The notes beneath the pieces were generated by a model, which did not search any database, was not told the origin of the DNA, and worked only from the letters and a program-made list of their open reading frames with translations. DNA of 32,000 nt from Mycobacterium leprae TN (GTDB lineage: Bacteria > Actinomycetota > Actinomycetes > Mycobacteriales > Mycobacteriaceae). The position numbers and the translations under genes are program-made. Below, one piece after another: positions 13,014-22,444 of this stretch (the first letter of the stretch is position 1; each line of letters begins with the position of its first letter). The DNA lies in assembly GCF_000195855.1 (NCBI RefSeq), contig NC_002677.1:1410001-1442000 (forward strand). Direction: 5' to 3'.

Positions 13014-16000
13014 ATGAACCAGTCTTCCTTCGTTCACCTGCATAACCACACCGAGTACTCGATGCTGGACGGTGCTGCGAAGATCACGCCCATGTTCGCC
13101 GAGGTCGAACGGCTACAGATGCCCGCGGTTGGCATGACCGATCACGGAAACATGTTCGGTGCGAGCGAGTTTTACAATACGGCCATCAAAGCCGGAATCA
13201 AGCCGATTATCGGTGTGGAAGCTTACATCGCTCCTGGATCCCGTTTTGACACCCGGCGCATTACCTGGGGTGACCCCAGCCAGAAGGCTGACGATGTCTC
13301 GGCGGGTGGTGCTTACACGCACTTGACGATGGTGGCAGAGAATGCGGCAGGTCTGCGCAACCTGTTCAAGTTGTCTTCGCTGGCTTCGTTCGAGGGGCAG
13401 TTGAGCAAGTGGTCGCGAATGGATGCCGAGCTTATCGGTGAATATGCCGAGGGTATCATTGTAACTACTGGCTGCCCCTCCGGTGAGGTGCAGACCCGGC
13501 TTCGCCTCGGGCACGACCGGGAGGCGTTGGAATCGGCCGCCAAGTGGCGCGAGATCGTTGGCCCCGATAACTACTTTCTCGAGCTGATGGACCACGGCTT
13601 GTCTATCGAGCAACGTGTCCGCGAAGGACTGCTTAATATCGGCCGCAAGCTCAACATTCCTCCACTGGCCACCAACGACTGCCACTATGTCACCCGCGAC
13701 GCTGTGCACAACCACGAGGCGTTGTTGTGTGTACAGACCGGCAAGACCTTGTCGGATCCGAACCGGTTCAAGTTCCACGGTGACGGCTATTATCTCAAGT
13801 CGGCTGCCGAGATGCGCCAGCTTTGGGACGACGAAGTTCCTGGGGCCTGCGACTCCACGCTGCTGATCGCCGAGCGGGTGCAGTCCTACGCCGATGTGTG
13901 GGAACCGCGCAATCGGATGCCTGTCTTCCCTGTTCCCGTGGGACACGACCAGGCGTCTTGGCTACGTCACGAGGTGGATGCCGGCCTCAAGCGCCGATTC
14001 CCCGATGGCCCACCCAACGGATATGTCGAACGGGCGGCCTACGAGATCGACGTCATTTGTGACAAGGGTTTTCCTGCCTACTTTCTGATCGTTGCAGACC
14101 TGGTCAACCATGCCCGGTCTGTCGGGATCCGCGTGGGCCCGGGCCGCGGTTCGGCAGCCGGGTCGCTTGCCGCCTATGCCCTGGGGATCACTGACATCGA
14201 CCCGATACCGCACGGTCTGCTGTTCGAGCGGTTTCTCAACCCGGAACGCACCTCGATGCCTGACATTGATATCGACTTCGACGACCGTCGCCGCGGTGAG
14301 ATGGTGCGCTACGCCGCCGACAAGTGGGGGCATGACAGAGTCGCTCAGGTCATCACTTTCGGTACCATTAAAACCAAAGCGGCGCTGAAGGATTCTGCGC
14401 GGATCCACTACGGGCAACCTGGTTTTGCTATGGCCGACCGTATCACCAAGGCATTACCGCCGGCCATAATGGCCAAAGACATCCCGTTGTCGGGAATCAC
14501 CGATCCGGCCCACGAACGGTTCAAGGAAGCCGCCGAGGTCCGCAGCCTGATCGAAACTGATTCGGACGTGCGCATCATCTACCAGACTGCTCGCGGGCTG
14601 GAGGGTCTGATCCGCAACGCCGGCGTGCACGCATGCGCGGTGATCCTGAGTAGTGAGCCGTTGACCGAGGCGATCCCGCTGTGGAAGCGACCGCAGGACG
14701 GGGCCATCATCACCGGCTGGGACTACCCAGCATGCGAGGCCATCGGTCTGTTGAAGATGGACTTCCTGGGTCTACGTAACCTGACGATCATCGGCGATGC
14801 GATCGAAAACATTAAGACCAACAGGGGAATTGATCTCGATCTGGAATCCGTGCCACTGGACGACCAGGCCACCTACGAGCTGCTTGGCCGCGGTGACACC
14901 CTGGGTGTGTTTCAGCTCGACGGTGGGCCCATGCGCGACCTACTGCGTCGCATGCAACCGACCGGATTCGAAGACATCGTCGCGGTACTAGCGTTGTATC
15001 GGCCCGGACCGATGGGCATGAACGCGCACAACGACTACGCCGACCGCAAGAACAACCGGCAGGTAATCAAACCCATTCATCCCGAACTCGAGGAACCGCT
15101 GCGTGAGATCCTCGCTGAAACCTATGGACTCATCGTCTACCAAGAGCAGATCATGCGAATCGCGCAGAAGGTGGCCGGTTACTCTTTGGCCCGAGCGGAC
15201 ATTCTGCGTAAGGCGATGGGAAAAAAGAAGCGCGAGGTGCTGGAGAAGGAGTTCGAGGGTTTTTCGGAAGGTATGCAGGCCAACGGATTCTCGGTCCACG
15301 CCATCAAGGCGTTGTGGGACATCATCTTACCTTTCGCCGACTACGCATTCAACAAGTCTCACGCCGCTGGCTATGGCCTAATATCCTATTGGACCGCCTA
15401 TCTCAAGGCCAACTTTGCTGGTGAATACATGGCGGGCCTGTTGACTTCGGTCGGCGACGATAAAGACAAGGCAGCTGTCTATCTGGCCGACTGCCGCAAG
15501 TTTGGCATCACGGTGCTGCCGCCGGACGTCAACGAGTCCGTCCTGGACTTCGCCTCGGTGGGTGCTGACATCCGCTACGGGTTGGGCGCGGTGCGCAATG
15601 TCGGTGCCAACGTGGTAGGTTCGTTGATCAAGACTCGCAATGCCAAGGGCAAATTTGCTGACTTCTCGGACTATCTGAACAAGATCGACATTACGTCCTG
15701 CAACAAGAAAGTCACTGAATCGCTGATCAAGGCAGGAGCCTTCGATTCGTTAGGGCATTCTCGCAAAGGTCTTTTCCTGGTCCACGCTGACGCTGTGGAT
15801 TCGGTGCTAGGCACCAAGAAAGCGGAAGCGATCGGGCAGTTCGATCTGTTCGGCGGAACTGATGGCGGCACTGACGCGGTATTTACCATCAAAGTTCCTG
15901 ACGACGAATGGGAGGATAAACACAAGCTGGCTCTGGAACGGGAGATGCTGGGCTTGTATGTGTCCGGGCATCCGCTCAACGGAGTGGCACACCTGTTGGC

Positions 16001-16547
16001 TGCTCAGGTAGACACCGCCATTCCGACGATTCTCGACGGTGGTGTCTCCAATGATACTCAGGTGCGGGTGGGTGGCATTCTGGCCGCGGTGAACCGGCGC
16101 GTCAACAAAAACGGAATTCCTTGGGCGTCAGCGCAATTAGATGATTTGACTGGAGGGATCGAGGTGATGTTCTTCCCGCACACATATTCCAGCTACGGCG
16201 CCGACATCATCGATGATGCTGTTGTGTTGGTTAATGCCAAGGTGGTGGTTCGTGATGACCGGATTGCGCTGATCGCTAATCAACTTGTTGTTCCTGACTT
16301 TTCCAACGTGCAAGAGGACCGGCCGCTGGCGGTTAGTTTGCTGACTCGGCAGTGCACGTTCGACAAGGTAAATGCACTCAAGCAAGTGCTGGCGCGCCAC
16401 CCCGGCACATCGCAAGTCCATTTGCGGCTTATCAGCGGGGACCGAATCACTACGCTTGAACTAGACCAGTCGCTGCGGGTGACATCGTCGCCGGCGTTGA
16501 TGGGAGACCTTAAGGCGCTGCTCGGTCCCGGGTGTTTGGGTGATTAG
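13014..16547 (+). CDS. dnaE1: DNA polymerase III alpha subunit (replicative)
   Basis: Intact 1177-aa ORF. PHP domain start [19 protein letters not shown]; polymerase motifs [50 protein letters not shown] and [10 protein letters not shown]; near-complete similarity to recalled M. tuberculosis DnaE1. Confidence 0.98.
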   Translation: MNQSSFVHLHNHTEYSMLDGAAKITPMFAEVERLQMPAVGMTDHGNMFGASEFYNTAIKAGIKPIIGVEAYIAPGSRFDTRRITWGDPSQKADDVSAGGAYTHLTMVAENAAGLRNLFKLSSLASFEGQLSKWSRMDAELIGEYAEGIIVTTGCPSGEVQTRLRLGHDREALESAAKWREIVGPDNYFLELMDHGLSIEQRVREGLLNIGRKLNIPPLATNDCHYVTRDAVHNHEALLCVQTGKTLSDPNRFKFHGDGYYLKSAAEMRQLWDDEVPGACDSTLLIAERVQSYADVWEPRNRMPVFPVPVGHDQASWLRHEVDAGLKRRFPDGPPNGYVERAAYEIDVICDKGFPAYFLIVADLVNHARSVGIRVGPGRGSAAGSLAAYALGITDIDPIPHGLLFERFLNPERTSMPDIDIDFDDRRRGEMVRYAADKWGHDRVAQVITFGTIKTKAALKDSARIHYGQPGFAMADRITKALPPAIMAKDIPLSGITDPAHERFKEAAEVRSLIETDSDVRIIYQTARGLEGLIRNAGVHACAVILSSEPLTEAIPLWKRPQDGAIITGWDYPACEAIGLLKMDFLGLRNLTIIGDAIENIKTNRGIDLDLESVPLDDQATYELLGRGDTLGVFQLDGGPMRDLLRRMQPTGFEDIVAVLALYRPGPMGMNAHNDYADRKNNRQVIKPIHPELEEPLREILAETYGLIVYQEQIMRIAQKVAGYSLARADILRKAMGKKKREVLEKEFEGFSEGMQANGFSVHAIKALWDIILPFADYAFNKSHAAGYGLISYWTAYLKANFAGEYMAGLLTSVGDDKDKAAVYLADCRKFGITVLPPDVNESVLDFASVGADIRYGLGAVRNVGANVVGSLIKTRNAKGKFADFSDYLNKIDITSCNKKVTESLIKAGAFDSLGHSRKGLFLVHADAVDSVLGTKKAEAIGQFDLFGGTDGGTDAVFTIKVPDDEWEDKHKLALEREMLGLYVSGHPLNGVAHLLAAQVDTAIPTILDGGVSNDTQVRVGGILAAVNRRVNKNGIPWASAQLDDLTGGIEVMFFPHTYSSYGADIIDDAVVLVNAKVVVRDDRIALIANQLVVPDFSNVQEDRPLAVSLLTRQCTFDKVNALKQVLARHPGTSQVHLRLISGDRITTLELDQSLRVTSSPALMGDLKALLGPGCLGD

Positions 16548-16559
16548 CAAACCGCAGTA

Positions 16560-17265
16560 CTGGTGCTGTGTTGTGGGTGTTTTGTCGGTGGTGGGTGAAA
16601 TGGCTGTTTTTGCGTTTTATGACTGGCCGATATGTTCGGTAGTCGTGGGGGGCAGCCCGGAATCCTGTTGACGTGTTTTGCTGTGTTGCGGGGTTTTTGT
16701 TGGTGGGTGGCTGACTGCCTGCTTTCGATGAGGCTTCGTGTGCTTTGCCGCAGTGGACACGATTAGCGCGGCGCACGTAAGCATGTCGGTGGTGGATGCT
16801 GCTTGGTCTACATGTTGATGATGCCAGGGGCTGGGCACCTGGGCTGTGCTGAAGGCGATATCGATGCAGGCGTGGGTGTGAGGATAGTTGTTAGCGCCGC
16901 GGGGTAGGGGCGTTTTAGTGTGCATGTCATGGCCTTGAGGTGTCGGCGTGGTCAATGTGGCCGCACCTGAACAGGCACGTCCCCGTGCACGGTATAACTA
17001 TTCGCACCTGATGTTATCCCTTGCACCATTTCTGCCGCTGGTATCGGTGTCGGCGGCTTGTTGACCGGCCCTCAGCCAGCAAGCAGGCATGCCGCCGGGT
17101 GCAGCAGTATCGTGTTAGTGAACAGTGCATCGATGATCCGGCCGTCGGCGGCACATACGGCAACCTTCTAGCGCAGATCAACCACCCACACCCCACCAGC
17201 CCACCACAACACCACCACCCAAACCCAAACCAGCAAAAAATAACCACCAAATGACCATCACGACG
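16560..17265 (+). repeat. RLEP dispersed repeat copy (M. leprae-specific)
   Basis: Exact match to the standard RLEP PCR primer TGCATGTCATGGCCTTGAGG at 16921-16940. The reverse complement of CACCGATACCAGCGGCAGAA is at 17030-17049, giving a 129 bp span. The nested primer TGAGGTGTCGGCGTGGTC is also present. Outer boundaries are estimated from composition only. Confidence 0.95.
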
Positions 17266-17795
17266 ACACCTTGAAGTCTAAACGGACAAGTTACTGGTTA
17301 CTGGCCGGGCGCGGCGTCTGGCACCAGGGGCATATTGCGTCAGTACCGCCGGTTTCTCGATCGGGGGCAATTTGCCGATGAGATCAGCGTGACATCCGGC
17401 GTGTCAACTTAATCGCCGAATTGGCCAGAACCCACGATGGTGGTTTAGTCGCTGGAGTAGCTGAGAGATTGCTCTAGTGCTCTAGTGACTGGAAGGCTTT
17501 GAGAGCGCCTTGAGAACTAAACCGATTACGATGGCAACGGTTGGCACCACCAAGGCCGGCCGGAGCAGCACTGGTGGTCAACACCTCGACCAGCAGTAGC
17601 GTTACGAACCCTGCGATCACCGCGAGCAGTTTTTGCAGCGGCCAGGGCACATCCATAAAAAGCACCTCTGAGGTTTTGGCCGGGCCAGTAACAGATAAGG
17701 ATACTCTATGGACTATTTTCCGGGAACCCGACGACTTCAGGGAACGGACAGCTGACGGTCTAGGGTGCTGCTTGTCCCTTTCATGGGAGTATGTA

Positions 17796-18218
17796 TGTAC
17801 CTAGCCCGGTCGACTGGGTGCGCGAGCAAGCTGAGAGGTACATGGCTTCCTGCGGAACCGAGGGCACGGAACTGCAAGAAAAGCCCGTAGTATTGCCGAC
17901 CACTGTATTGTCGGCGCTAAGACCGGCAAACTTCGTAAAACTCCGCTAATGCGTGTTGAGCACAACGGCGAGTACGCGATCGTCGCCTCAGGCGGAGGAG
18001 CTTCGAAACACCTGGTCTGATACTACAACGTCGTGCAGTATCCGAAGGTCGAGCTGCGGGATGGTCTCGTCAGCCGTGATTATGACGCGCGTGAGGTATT
18101 TGGCGAAGAGAAGGCCACCTGGTGGCAGCGCGCTGTCGAGGTCTGGCCGGACTACGTCAACTACCAGACCAAAACTGAACGTTAGATTCCGGTCTTTGTG
18201 CTGACTCCGGTGAGCTGA
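17796..18218 (+). pseudogene. Deazaflavin-dependent nitroreductase (DDN) family pseudogene (Rv1558-like)
   Basis: [16 protein letters not shown]; CVLSTTAS alternating with [18 protein letters not shown]; [64 protein letters not shown] in broken frames, with in-frame stops. Confidence 0.87.
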
Positions 18219-18250
18219 TTGCTTGTCGGACGACATGGCACCATGGACCT

Positions 18251-19534
18251 ATGTCCGCCGAACCTAGTAGAAACCCCAGGACCCCACCGGTGTCCGCGGT
18301 TGACATTGACGGTGCGGCGAAGCGGATCGCGCCGGTGGTCACGCCTACCCCGTTGCAACTTAGCGATCGGTTGTCGGCGATCACTGGTGCAGCGGTGTAC
18401 CTCAAGCGTGAAGACCTGCAGACGGTGCGCTCTTACAAACTGCGCGGCGCCTACAACCTGTTGGTGCAGCTGACCGACGAGGAGATCGCCGCCGGCGTTG
18501 TGTGCTCTTCGGCGGGTAACCATGCACAGGGTGTCGCGTATGCATGTCGGTCACTGGGTGTGCACGGCCGTGTCTATGTACCTGCCAAGACACCCAAACA
18601 AAAGTGGGATCGGATCCGCTACCATGGCGGGGCATTCATCGAGCTGATCGTCGGGAGATCGACCTACGATCTCGCCGCTGCCGCGGCGGTCGACGACATT
18701 GAACGCACCGGCGCGACGTTGGTACCTCCTTATGACGACGTCCGCGTCATCGCTGGTCAGGGCACCATTGCCGTCGAGTTGCTGGAGCAACTCAACACCG
18801 AGCCTGACCTAGTGGTGGTCCCGGTGGGCGGCGGTGGCTGCATCGCCGGCATGACCACTTACTTGGCCGAACGAACGGCGAACACTGCTGTGCTTGGTGT
18901 CGAGCCGGCTGGTGCCGCGGCTATGATGGCCGCGCTGGCCGCGGGTGAGCCGGTGACACTGGACTACGTCGATCAGTTCGTGGATGGCGCTGCGGTGAAC
19001 CGGGTGGGAACGTTGCCTTATGCCGCGTTGACTGCCGCAGGTGACATGGTGTCCATCACCACCGTCGACGAGGGGGCGGTGTGCACTGCGATGCTCGACC
19101 TTTACCAGAACGAGGGCATTATAGCTGAGCCGGCGGGCGCACTGTCAGTAGCTGGGCTGCTGGAAACTGACATTGAACCCGGGTCCACCGTGGTTTGCCT
19201 GATCTCGGGCGGCAACAACGACGTATTGCGCTACGGTGAGGTGTTGGAGCGTTCGCTGATCCACCTAGGTCTCAAACACTATTTCCTGGTAGACTTCCCC
19301 CAGAAGCCTGGTGCCTTGCGCCGTTTTCTTGACGAAGTGCTTGGACCCAACGACGACATCACCTTGTTCGAGTACGTCAAGCGCAACAACCGAGAGACCG
19401 GCGAGGCGCTGGTAGGTATCCAGCTGGGGTCTGCTGTCGACTTAGACGTCCTGCTGGCCCGGATGCAGGGGACCGAAATGCACGTCGAAACCCTACAACC
19501 AGGTTCGCCGGCCTACCGCTACCTGTTGCTTTAG
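18251..19534 (+). CDS. ilvA: Threonine dehydratase (PLP-dependent), C-terminal ACT-like domain
   Basis: Intact 427-aa ORF. PLP lysine motif YLKREDLQTVRSYKLRGAYN, SSAGNHAQGVAYA, VPVGGGGCIAGM, and C-terminal HYFLVDFPQKPGALRRFLDEVLGPNDDITLFEYVKRNNRETG. Confidence 0.97.
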   Translation: MSAEPSRNPRTPPVSAVDIDGAAKRIAPVVTPTPLQLSDRLSAITGAAVYLKREDLQTVRSYKLRGAYNLLVQLTDEEIAAGVVCSSAGNHAQGVAYACRSLGVHGRVYVPAKTPKQKWDRIRYHGGAFIELIVGRSTYDLAAAAAVDDIERTGATLVPPYDDVRVIAGQGTIAVELLEQLNTEPDLVVVPVGGGGCIAGMTTYLAERTANTAVLGVEPAGAAAMMAALAAGEPVTLDYVDQFVDGAAVNRVGTLPYAALTAAGDMVSITTVDEGAVCTAMLDLYQNEGIIAEPAGALSVAGLLETDIEPGSTVVCLISGGNNDVLRYGEVLERSLIHLGLKHYFLVDFPQKPGALRRFLDEVLGPNDDITLFEYVKRNNRETGEALVGIQLGSAVDLDVLLARMQGTEMHVETLQPGSPAYRYLLL

Positions 19535-20349
19535 ACGAGAACGCACGTAGTTGTACACGTTTTACGGCGTATCGCTGTGCAAATACGCGCGCTCACAGCA
19601 GGCGAGTGGCGAGTCCAGGTTTGCGGTCAGGTATTCAGTACCGGGGGTCGTAGGGTCGAGATCGCCACTCGGTACCATTACTATTCCGGTCGTCAAGCTC
19701 AATCGCAACCCTTTTGCCCAATGCAGCAACGTGCAGTCCTCTGGATCATCAATCGGGCTGCCCGTATGCACCTTTGGCCGAAATTTCGACAAGGTCGAGT
19801 GCGAGCCACTCCGGTTGCGGCGAGCTTACGCGCGTTAGGTGCCCCGCCCTAAGGCGATGTGATCGAGAAGGGAGTGCAGTGCCCGCAATTTCTCCGCTGA
19901 GTCTTCGATCACGCGTGCGGCGCCCACCTACTACCAATGAGCAGTAGACCAAGGAATGGTTGTAGCGCCTGAGCGGGCCAGCACCAACCTGTAGACGAGG
20001 GTGACGGTGGCGCACATCGGTAGGCCTGACGCCCTGGCCGCTCTGGCGTCGAACATTGGCTCGCTGTCGGTCGAGCCATGCAAGTACAGGGTTTCCCCTA
20101 GTGGGCATGCGTTGTCGGCAGAATCACCGGCTCACCCGCGTTGGCATAGCCCAGGTGGCAGATCAATGCCTCATCCAGAATGCGATGGACGGTGACGTGG
20201 TCGTAGTGAGCGCGGTTTTGATAGCGGGTGGGCGTAGTGCGCGAGATTTGTCGACAGGTAACCCCGACCCCGTGCTGTCTATCTATTGCGGCCGTCCGGT
20301 TACAGGACAGTTCGCGCGGTCGTGTAATGTTATAGTGAATCTACTATGT

Positions 20350-21279
20350 AGTCGGCACTGGACCGCTACAACCCGTTGTCTTCACCGCAGCCAGCGTCCC
20401 TGTCCGATCATCTCGCGGTAACTAGTGGAGTGCTGGATCGCATAGAGCAGGAGCTCGGCACACACCGGCGTCTCGGTGAACGGGTAGCCGTCGAGGATCC
20501 GAGCTGGTTAAACTTTTGGGATCTTCTTGTGAAGCCGGGTCTTTCTGTTGAATCGGTGCATGTGGATGATGACATGGCTCGTGAAGTGGGCCGCAATGTG
20601 CGTAACGTGGTCTTCTCTAGTAGAGTGCAAAATGTGACCGGCAGGATGCTCATCCGCAGATCGTGCCGGTGCACTACGTAACCTGACGCAACCCTGTTGG
20701 CCGGCCCGGTTCGACGACCTGCTGGTTATAGAGGGCGGCCACTGCGCGGGTTTTTCGGGGCTCCGCTGTGCTTTACACGTTGACCGGATTCACCAAGCAC
20801 TGCGATTTTGTAGCCAGTGTCTAGAGCTGGCGGACCGAACCTGCTGGTTGCCGTGCTGGCCGGAGACCACCGCACGTCGAATGAGCACACGGGCGACTGT
20901 GGCTTGGATTGGGCTGGGTGAGTCACCTCGGGATTGTATATAGCTGGCCGTTATTTGTGGTTTGATCAGGCGGCGACCCGCCTCATCTATTGTAGTCTAG
21001 GAGCGCTACGCCAATAACCGAATCCGACTGCGTACCGCGCTGGACGAGCGCGACGTCACTGTTTACGGCCGACCCGGGCTCAATGTTTGGATCATGGTAC
21101 CCGACGAGGCGGTTTCGATCACCCGGCTACTTGACAGCGGTTGGGTCGCGGCGCCGGAAACACACTTCCGGATTCGCGCCGGCCCGGGCATGCGGATCAT
21201 ACTAGCCGACCTGACGGCCGACGAGATCGAGCCGTTTAGCGACGACGCAATCGCACACCAAGGGTGGCCCAGCATCTAA
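20350..21279 (+). pseudogene. MocR-type (GntR/aminotransferase-like) PLP-dependent transcriptional regulator pseudogene
   Basis: GVLDRIEQELGTHRRLGERVAVEDPSWLNFWDLLVKPGLSVESVHVDDD; a decayed PLP region with NLLVAVLAGDHRTSN; and C-terminal LRTALDERDVTVYGRPGLNVWIMVPDEAVSITRLLDSGWVAAPETHFRIRAGPGMRIILADL. Confidence 0.7.
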
Positions 21280-21399
21280 CTTAAGCGGGCCAGTGGCGAT
21301 ACGTGGGGTGGGGTTGGGGCCAAAGAACACCGATTGACCGTCGTCCGGTAAGATAAAAATGATTCTAGGACATCGCGATTGTGTACCACCGAGTAGTCC

Positions 21400-21597
21400 T
21401 AGTCGCGCACAATCACGAACGAATATGTCGGTAGTTCAGTGGTTTTGACGCCGACGATCGGCGAATCTCAGGCCAATATCAGATCACATTGATCGGTACA
21501 GTCTTGCATCGATGCCCAGGTTGGTGGAGATCACAAACTGGTTGTGGCGCATCATGATTTCGTGTTGTTCTTCGTCGTAGTCAACGACGAGGTTCAC
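21400..21597 (-). pseudogene. treZ: 3' remnant of malto-oligosyltrehalose trehalohydrolase (treZ)
   Basis: Minus-strand NLVVDYDEEQHEIMMRHNQFVISTNLGIDA matches the recalled C-terminus of mycobacterial TreZ (MVDYDEQQRWVVMRRGQLMIACNLG). It continues, shifted and with a stop, as LILA*DSPIVGVKTTELP. Confidence 0.82.
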
Positions 21598-22437
21598 CAG
21601 AGCCTCGTCTACGGCCAAGATCTTCTCGATCACTATCCAAGCGTTCGTGCCGAGCAGCTCCTTACAACAATGCAAATAACGATAGGGATTTGACAGACCG
21701 TAGAGGTAGTCGATGAGCACGCCGTCAACAAGTCCTTCGGTGAAGCAGTGCGCGACTTAGGTATGGCTTGTGTCGAACACCGTGCGGTCTTCTTCCCTCA
21801 GCCCAGCCAGTCAGGTGATCGCACAGAAAACGATGATAACCGCAGAACTCGCTCCATCGCCCTATCAGCCGATAGTGTGGGCGGTCATGCATATGCGCAC
21901 CGCTGTCAATGTCGGTGCAGGGCTGGTGCTGGGGGTGGTGGGCAATGCTAGGTCGCCCAGCAGTAAACCCCGTCGACTTTCCGGTCGCCAGCCAACATTA
22001 TCGTCATATACCAACAGGGCAGCACGATTCGACAGCGATCTTGGTCAAGATCCAGATCGATATCGAAGAAAGTTGCATAGGAGGAATACCGATTGTGCCG
22101 TAAGACGTCTCAACTACAATGTGTTATGCTCAGGTTTGCTGCTTCCCACGTGGTTGGGCACGATGTCGACGACCAAAGGCCCTACCTCGCGGCGAGGCCG
22201 ACATTTGCCCCAGGCCAATAGATATCGCCGAGTTCCGCGGAAACCGTCGTCGGTTCGGTGACATCGAACCCGTCCCTGGACTCGTGAACCGCGGTCGTAA
22301 TAGGGTAGGAACAGATACGTCACCCCGAGCTCGTCGAAATAGTACAGCAGGTCTTCGGTAGTGGCGAAGGTGAACCTGAATCCGCGGGACGAACTGTGCA
22401 GCTTCAACCGATAGATGGAAAGAACCGGAAAAGCTAT
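21598..22437 (-). pseudogene. treY: Malto-oligosyltrehalose synthase pseudogene (treY), 3' part deleted
   Basis: Minus strand: IAFPVLSIYRLKLHSSSRGFRFTFATTEDLLYYFDELGVTYLFL, VVDIVPNHVGSSKPEHN, and CFTEGLVDGVLIDYLYGLSNPYRYLHCCKELLGTNAWIVIEKILAVDEAL. Apparent start codon is now ATA (22437-22435). Confidence 0.88.
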
Positions 22438-22444
22438 GTTTCAG

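Noticed and set aside
13113-13946. 277-aa minus-strand ORF inside dnaE1
   Set aside because: Shadow ORF opposite a strongly conserved gene; composition (Arg/His/Leu/Gly) typical of antisense frames in GC-rich DNA, with no recognisable motif.
16617-16955. 112-aa minus-strand ORF in RLEP (Thr/His/Pro-rich)
   Set aside because: Lies entirely within the known non-coding RLEP repeat; low-complexity translation from G/T-rich DNA. No transposase or integrase motif seen.
17110-17255. Possible CRISPR or short-repeat array from CACCAC/CCCAAACCC repetitions
   Set aside because: Repeats are irregular, 3-7 nt, with no constant-length spacers and no cas genes; they are low-complexity RLEP end sequence.
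20726-20926. 66-aa minus-strand ORF, considered as a small gene
   Set aside because: Antisense to the decayed MocR-like relic, with no RBS or homology evidence; length expected by chance.
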